A DNA stretch of 64,000 nt from Diplonema japonicum. Taxonomy: Eukaryota > Protista > Euglenozoa: Diplonemea. The notes under the pieces were generated by a model. It had not been told where the DNA came from, searched no databases, and worked only from the letters and a program-made list of their open reading frames with translations. The stretch spans positions 186,001 to 250,000 of the forward strand of contig OZ025680.1 of assembly GCA_964019335.1 (NCBI GenBank), given 5' to 3'. A program made the position numbers and the translations under genes. Shown here one piece after another: positions 59,106 to 64,000 of this stretch. The first letter of the stretch is position 1. Every line of letters starts with the position of its first letter.

Positions 59106-60740
59106 TCAGTAGTACCTGGAACGGGGGGAGCCGGCAAGGGGAGAGCCGAGGGCCCTAAGCTTCGCGTCAAGGATGGGGCTGGCGGAGCCGAGCCTGGGGG
59201 AGGAGGCGGCGATGGAGGCTGCCGCGATGGCGGAGGCCGTTGGGGAGGCGGCGGCGAGGGCCGCGGCGTGGGCCCTCGCCGGGGACAAGGCGTCGACGTA
59301 GGCGACCCTGCGGGGGCTGGTGTCGTGGACGAGCCTCGAGACGGAGGCATGGTGGTGGATGTCAGCAGCGTGGACAGCGTCAACGTTGGCTGCCCCGGCA
59401 ACCGCGTGTGCAGAGGCCTCGGTGGAGGATGCAAGGGCCTCCCTCGCACGGGCAGACGACAGGGCCGAGACCTCGTGTCCGTGCCTCACCCTCTCCACGC
59501 TGGCGTGGGTCGTCGCCGCCGCGAGACCGTGCCTCGCCACAGCCTCCCTGCTCGTCGCGCGCACGTGGTTCGCCTCCGACAGGGCGTACGACCTCCCGGC
59601 ACGCTCCACGCTCGCGTGTGCGATCGCGGCCCCAGCCCTCGCCGACTGCTCGTCCCCGAGCCTCGCCGCGAGGGAGGCACGTGCAACAGAGGCCCCGGCC
59701 TGCGCCGCCCCGGCTTCGGCTGCCGCTCCGGCCGCATCCCTGTCCGCAAGGGCGAACCTCGACGCAGCCGACGCCGCAGAGGCCTCCTCTGCAGCCGCCC
59801 TCCTCGAAGCAGCCGCCGCGTCCGCCTGGGCGTTCCCGTGCTGCAGGACACGCGTCCTGGCCTGCTGCTCCTGTGCCGCCGCCTGCGCGCGGGCATGCGC
59901 CGCCCCGGCCCTCGCGCTGTCGGCGTCCCTCCCAGCCGCTGCGAGGGCGATCGACGCAGCCCTCTCAGCTGCCGCCGCATCCCTCGCCGCCGCAGCAGCA
60001 GCAGCAGCCGTTGCCGCCACCTCCGTCCTCCTCCTCTCCGCCTCCGCCGCCGCCGCAGCAGCGTCAGCCGCCTGCACCCTCGCAAGCTGCGCCGTCGTCT
60101 GCGCCTCCGCCGCCATCGTCCCCACCACCCTCTCAGAGGTCACGGCGTTCGACGCAGCCGCCCCGGCAGCAGCGGCCCGTGCAGTCTGGGCAGCAGCCGC
60201 CGCCGCGCGAGCCGACCTCTCGTGCTCCATCGAGTGTGCCCTCAGAGCCGCCGACGTCGCCAGACCGTCCTTCGCCGCCGCATCCCTCGACGCCACCGAC
60301 GCAGCCGCCGCCGCCGACCCGAGAGACGCCTCAGCCGCCACAAGCCCGGTCTGCGCCGCCCTGTAGTCTGCTCCCCTCCCGGTGAGGTCGGCCGAAGCCA
60401 CAGCCGCGTCCCTCGACGCCGCCGCGTGGGCGTAGCTTGCCCCGGTCTCAGCAGCCCCGGCAGCAGCCACAGCCCCAGCGCTCGCCGACACCCTCCCAGC
60501 CTGAAGGGCAGCGTCCGCCCTCGAAGCAGCCGCCGTGGCACTGGCGTACGACGCGTTCGACGCCGCTGCTCCTGCACGAAGGTTCGCCCCCACCGCTCCA
60601 CTGTGCGCCACTGCCTCGTTCACCGCGTGGTGGTGGCTCATCGCAGAGTGCACAGGGTCGGCGTCCACAACGTAGGTCGGGCTCAGGCTCGTCAGACGAG
60701 GGCTCAGGCTGGCGTGAAGGCGAGGCGAGTAGTAGGCCAT
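59106..60740 (-). CDS. Ala-rich helical protein, copy 3
   Basis: Identical protein; TGA stop. Confidence 0.8.
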   Translation of the reverse strand: MAYYSPRLHASLSPRLTSLSPTYVVDADPVHSAMSHHHAVNEAVAHSGAVGANLRAGAAASNASYASATAAASRADAALQAGRVSASAGAVAAAGAAETGASYAHAAASRDAAVASADLTGRGADYRAAQTGLVAAEASLGSAAAAASVASRDAAAKDGLATSAALRAHSMEHERSARAAAAAAQTARAAAAGAAASNAVTSERVVGTMAAEAQTTAQLARVQAADAAAAAAEAERRRTEVAATAAAAAAAARDAAAAERAASIALAAAGRDADSARAGAAHARAQAAAQEQQARTRVLQHGNAQADAAAASRRAAAEEASAASAASRFALADRDAAGAAAEAGAAQAGASVARASLAARLGDEQSARAGAAIAHASVERAGRSYALSEANHVRATSREAVARHGLAAATTHASVERVRHGHEVSALSSARAREALASSTEASAHAVAGAANVDAVHAADIHHHASVSRLVHDTSPRRVAYVDALSPARAHAAALAAASPTASAIAAASIAASSPRLGSASPILDAKLRALGSPLAGSPRSRYY

Positions 60741-61163
60741 TTTTTTATAAGAGTAAGTGAAAGAGTGAAGAGTAGAAATCTGTTTTTTTTTGTTTGTTGG
60801 ATGCATTTTTTTTTTTTTTTATTTTTTTTATGAAGGTCAGAACAAAAAAAAATAGAAAATAAAATAGAAAGAAAAACAAGAATTGACAAGGGAACACACA
60901 TTTTTTATCGAATGTTAACAACACTCGATAACGAGTGACACAGAAATTGGCAGTTGAAACGAGAGGCTAAAAAGACTTCCGACTGGTGAGGAACACAAAA
61001 GGAAGCATCAGATAATTCAAGAAAGGGAACGGAGATAATTAAAGGGAGAGAGCAGTGAGAGACAAAAAGAAACCCACGAGGAAGAAAGAAAGAAAAGGAA
61101 TTCTCTGTGTTGAGAGAAGTTCCAAAAGTAAAAAGGACGGTAAGAATTTCACCTTTCAAATAA

Positions 61164-61165
<2 letters not shown>

Positions 61166-61234
<69 letters not shown>
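61166..61234. repeat. (CA)n microsatellite
   Basis: Seen directly; longer than the paralogous tract. Confidence 0.98.
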
Positions 61235-61235
<1 letters not shown>

Positions 61236-61297
61236 CAAGTCACCACCACATAACATGACATAACATCACTTGTTGAGGAAGGGATGGAATCCCCTCT

Positions 61298-61663
61298 TCA
61301 GGCGTGAGTCCCAACGTGGGAGGTCTTCAGAAGCTTCTTGCAATGGGGCCCGTGGGTCCCAGCCTTCAAGTGGCACAACCCACAGCAGTGCACAGGGCTC
61401 ACCCCAGTCACCTGGTAGTCGCAGCCGGTACACTTCACAGCAACCTTTTGGCACTTGGGGCCGTGCGTCCCAGCCTTCACAGCACACAACCCACAGCAGT
61501 GCTTCTCAACAGCACCCGACAGGGCGTAGAAGCAGCCAGGGCACTTCACCTCCTGCTTCTTGCAGAGGGGGCCGTGCGTCCCAGCCTTCATGTGGCACAA
61601 CCCACAGCAGTTCGTGGGGTTCACACCAGTCACAGCGAAGTGGCAGCCAGCACACTTGGACAT
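61298..61663 (-). CDS. Small Cys/His triple-repeat protein, copy 2
   Basis: Identical to 24781-25146. Confidence 0.82.
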   Translation of the reverse strand: MSKCAGCHFAVTGVNPTNCCGLCHMKAGTHGPLCKKQEVKCPGCFYALSGAVEKHCCGLCAVKAGTHGPKCQKVAVKCTGCDYQVTGVSPVHCCGLCHLKAGTHGPHCKKLLKTSHVGTHA

Positions 61664-62779
61664 TGGTTTTTTTTTTCTTTTTTTCTTGTAAAGTTCCTTT
61701 ATTTTTTTCATTCAGTGTTGTTTGTAAAAGCACCTCCCTTTTTGGTGTGTCGATCTGAGTTAATTCTCCGAAGCCTACTCGTGGTACAAGGGGCACGGGT
61801 GGCCACTCTCGTCCTCGTCATGCGTCGTGCAAGTAAAAAGGAAGACGAAAGAACGAACGAATATTGGGAGGAAGGGGGGACAAGAGAATGGACCAACTGA
61901 TATTCTTCATGTTCACACCAACCTTCTCTCGATTCTTTTTAAGGGTACAAATACAAAAAAAAGGGGGGAACTGCGACTTGCTGAACAACAAGAGCCCTTC
62001 AGCCCCGGACCAGTACCCAGTAGAACAGAGGAAGGGATGTGGTGCGTGGAGAAAACACGAATAACGCCAAAATCGCCCGTGAATGATTTTTTTTTTCTTT
62101 TCTTTCTTTTTTTTTTCTTTTTTTTTTTTTGAATAAATACCTTTGCATTCTATTTTTGCATTTTATTTTATTTTATTTTATTTTCTTTTTTGTTTTCTCA
62201 TACTCTTCTTTTTTTTTTTCTTTTTTTTTCTGGGGATGTTGCAGCCCACACCCAAGTTACATAAAGGAAGCACCTACCAGTGATAGACTCCACAGGAAGT
62301 GCGTGGTGTGAAAGAGATCAGGGCAGTGGACGGAACTATATAAGATATGAAGAAAACAACAGGAAGAAGAGAGCTTTGTGAAAGTTGTGAAAGTTGGGAG
62401 AGTTAGATTCAACTGAAGTTAGAAGATAAACTGGCTGGCGTTGTGTACAAATGGCAGAGACGTAATGAGTGCCTTTGTGTTGCTTGGGAGAGAGAAACAA
62501 AGAGATAGAAAAAAAAAGATTCTATTTTTCACCTCTTTCGGGTCAGAGATCCCGATTTTTTTTTTCTTTTTCTTTTTCTTTTTTTTCGCTACGGATCCGT
62601 TAAATGAGCGCAAGTGCCCCTACCATGGGAAACGAAAACAAAAATTCCAATTGCAATCACAACATGACACAGTTACCTTATTTTGAAAAGACGCCACCAG
62701 GCTGCTCCTATGGATCGCAGTGGTGGCTAACAAAGAAAAAGGTTTACTTAATCAAAATTGTAGTGCAAGCGATATGGTT

Positions 62780-63130
62780 GGTCAATTGTTCTTTGCAAGG
62801 TGCGAACGCAACTGGTGCGCAACGTAAACACCTCACAAAAGCAACTGACCCACGAGAATGAAGTGGGGAAAAAAAAAAAAAATAGCTGTTTCATCGGAAG
62901 AAAATAAAAGCATTTCTAGAATATCCGTGAAGAAGCATGGGAGGGGGGGGGTCATTAAACAAATCAGAAAAAGGTAAATCAAACTGGTCCAAGGGTGCAA
63001 CGAAACTGGCGCGCAAACCAAAAGCGACTGACCCACGAGAATAGGGGCGGGAAGTAGAAAATGGGAAGAAGAAAAAAGAAAAAAGAAGAATAAAGTGGTC
63101 CGCAGTTTCATCGGACGAGATAAGAGAATA
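62780..63130. repeat. Two more units of the degenerate ACTGACCCACGAGAA repeat
   Basis: Cores near 62836 and 63019. Confidence 0.75.
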
Positions 63131-63476
63131 TAATCCATGAAAGGCAAAGGGGGATGATTTCCAGTAGTAGTAGTGATTTGGATATGTTGTGTTGAACTGA
63201 GAGGGAAAGAAAGGCAGCTGCGTGTGGCGTCCGGGATTTGTACGAATTCATGTTTGTCGAGACACCCCGTTATTTTGCACGAAAGCTCCAGAGAAGATCT
63301 TGCAGAAGGGTGCTCGGAAACAAAAAGAATTAATTTAAACAACAATAATTCACTATGATAGGAACGAAGTGGTTAGCAACGGCCCGAAAGAATAAACAAA
63401 AAGATTAAGAACATAAGAAAGAAGAACAAATAAAAATAGAATAATTTAAAACAAATATTTTTTCCCTTGTCCCCGC

Positions 63477-64000
63477 CTAAACAACGGTTGTACGCTCCTC
63501 TTTGACGGGTTCGCTATCCGAGAAGGCGGCCTTTGGCTTGCGCAGGAAGAAGTAGTAGACGAGGAAAGCAACGACAGCGACAACAACAAGAGAGCCGAAC
63601 ACGATGCCGACGATGGCGCCCGTCGAGAGCGAGTCGCCCCCGTCGCCCCCCTGCTGGTCCTCCTCCTTCGGAGTAGGAAGCGGTGCCCTCTCGTTGGTCA
63701 CGGTCACGTCCTGCAGCTCCCCGCCCAGCCGGCCCTCGATCATTGCCTTGTTCGCCTGCAGCCTGTCTCGCACCGCCCCATTGTCCATCTCAGAGGGGAC
63801 CCTCAGGTCTGCCCTCACCGTGATGCTCTCCGCCGATCCTTGCTGTGTTGTTATTGCTGCACGCCCTGTCGAAGAGGCTCCCTCCCCACAGGTCACGCAG
63901 TACCCGCTTGTCGCCCTTTCCAGACACACGTTGAAGCAGCTCGCCCTCCCCCCCAGCAACAGCTCCAGTGCGGGCATGAGGTCCCTGCTCCCCGCCACAG
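63477..64000 (-). CDS. Subtilisin-CUB membrane protease, copy 3 (3' part only)
   Basis: Matches the C-terminus of copy 2; continues beyond the window. Confidence 0.88.
   Translation of the reverse strand, partial: VAGSRDLMPALELLLGGRASCFNVCLERATSGYCVTCGEGASSTGRAAITTQQGSAESITVRADLRVPSEMDNGAVRDRLQANKAMIEGRLGGELQDVTVTNERAPLPTPKEEDQQGGDGGDSLSTGAIVGIVFGSLVVVAVVAFLVYYFFLRKPKAAFSDSEPVKEERTTVV

Larger units (their letters stand above)
59108..64000. repeat. Direct duplication of about 22601-27900 (Ala-rich gene, Cys/His gene, subtilisin end)
   Basis: Near-identical to about 61830 (offset about 36.5 kb), then a diverged spacer, then near-identical subtilisin CDS. Confidence 0.92.

Noticed and set aside
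1-64000. tRNA, rRNA or spliced-leader RNA genes
   Set aside because: None recognisable by eye; tRNAscan-SE and Infernal are needed to exclude them.

Overview
Eukaryotic genomic DNA, not prokaryotic. About 24 protein genes all lie on the minus strand, separated by homopolymer-rich spacers. The unidirectional layout, tiny GT-AG introns and gene content suggest a euglenozoan, most likely a diplonemid (inference). Bases 1-22.1 kb hold single-copy genes, about half of them with introns: TPR protein, pepsin-type protease, WWE-DCN1 fusion, double-PH protein, coiled-coil protein, twin-PARP RNA-binding protein, F-box protein, acylated Tudor protein, SCD6/LSM14 and ankyrin-ClpB (Skd3/CLPB). Bases 22.6-64 kb form an amplified region of mostly intronless, GC-rich genes: Ala-rich protein x3, Cys/His-repeat protein x2, subtilisin-CUB membrane protease x3, Cys-rich secreted protein x2, a GILT and a 2393-aa protein ending in two GH18 domains. 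This region also contains DHODH, whose first intron carries a defective piggyBac. Features the ORF track misses: a GILT with in-frame TGA at its active-site UxxC (probable selenoprotein), the WWE-DCN1 fusion hidden by an intron, 18 introns (many with poly(A) rather than polypyrimidine acceptors), and paralogue identity that stops at CDS edges. All family calls come from motif recognition by eye; no searches were run.
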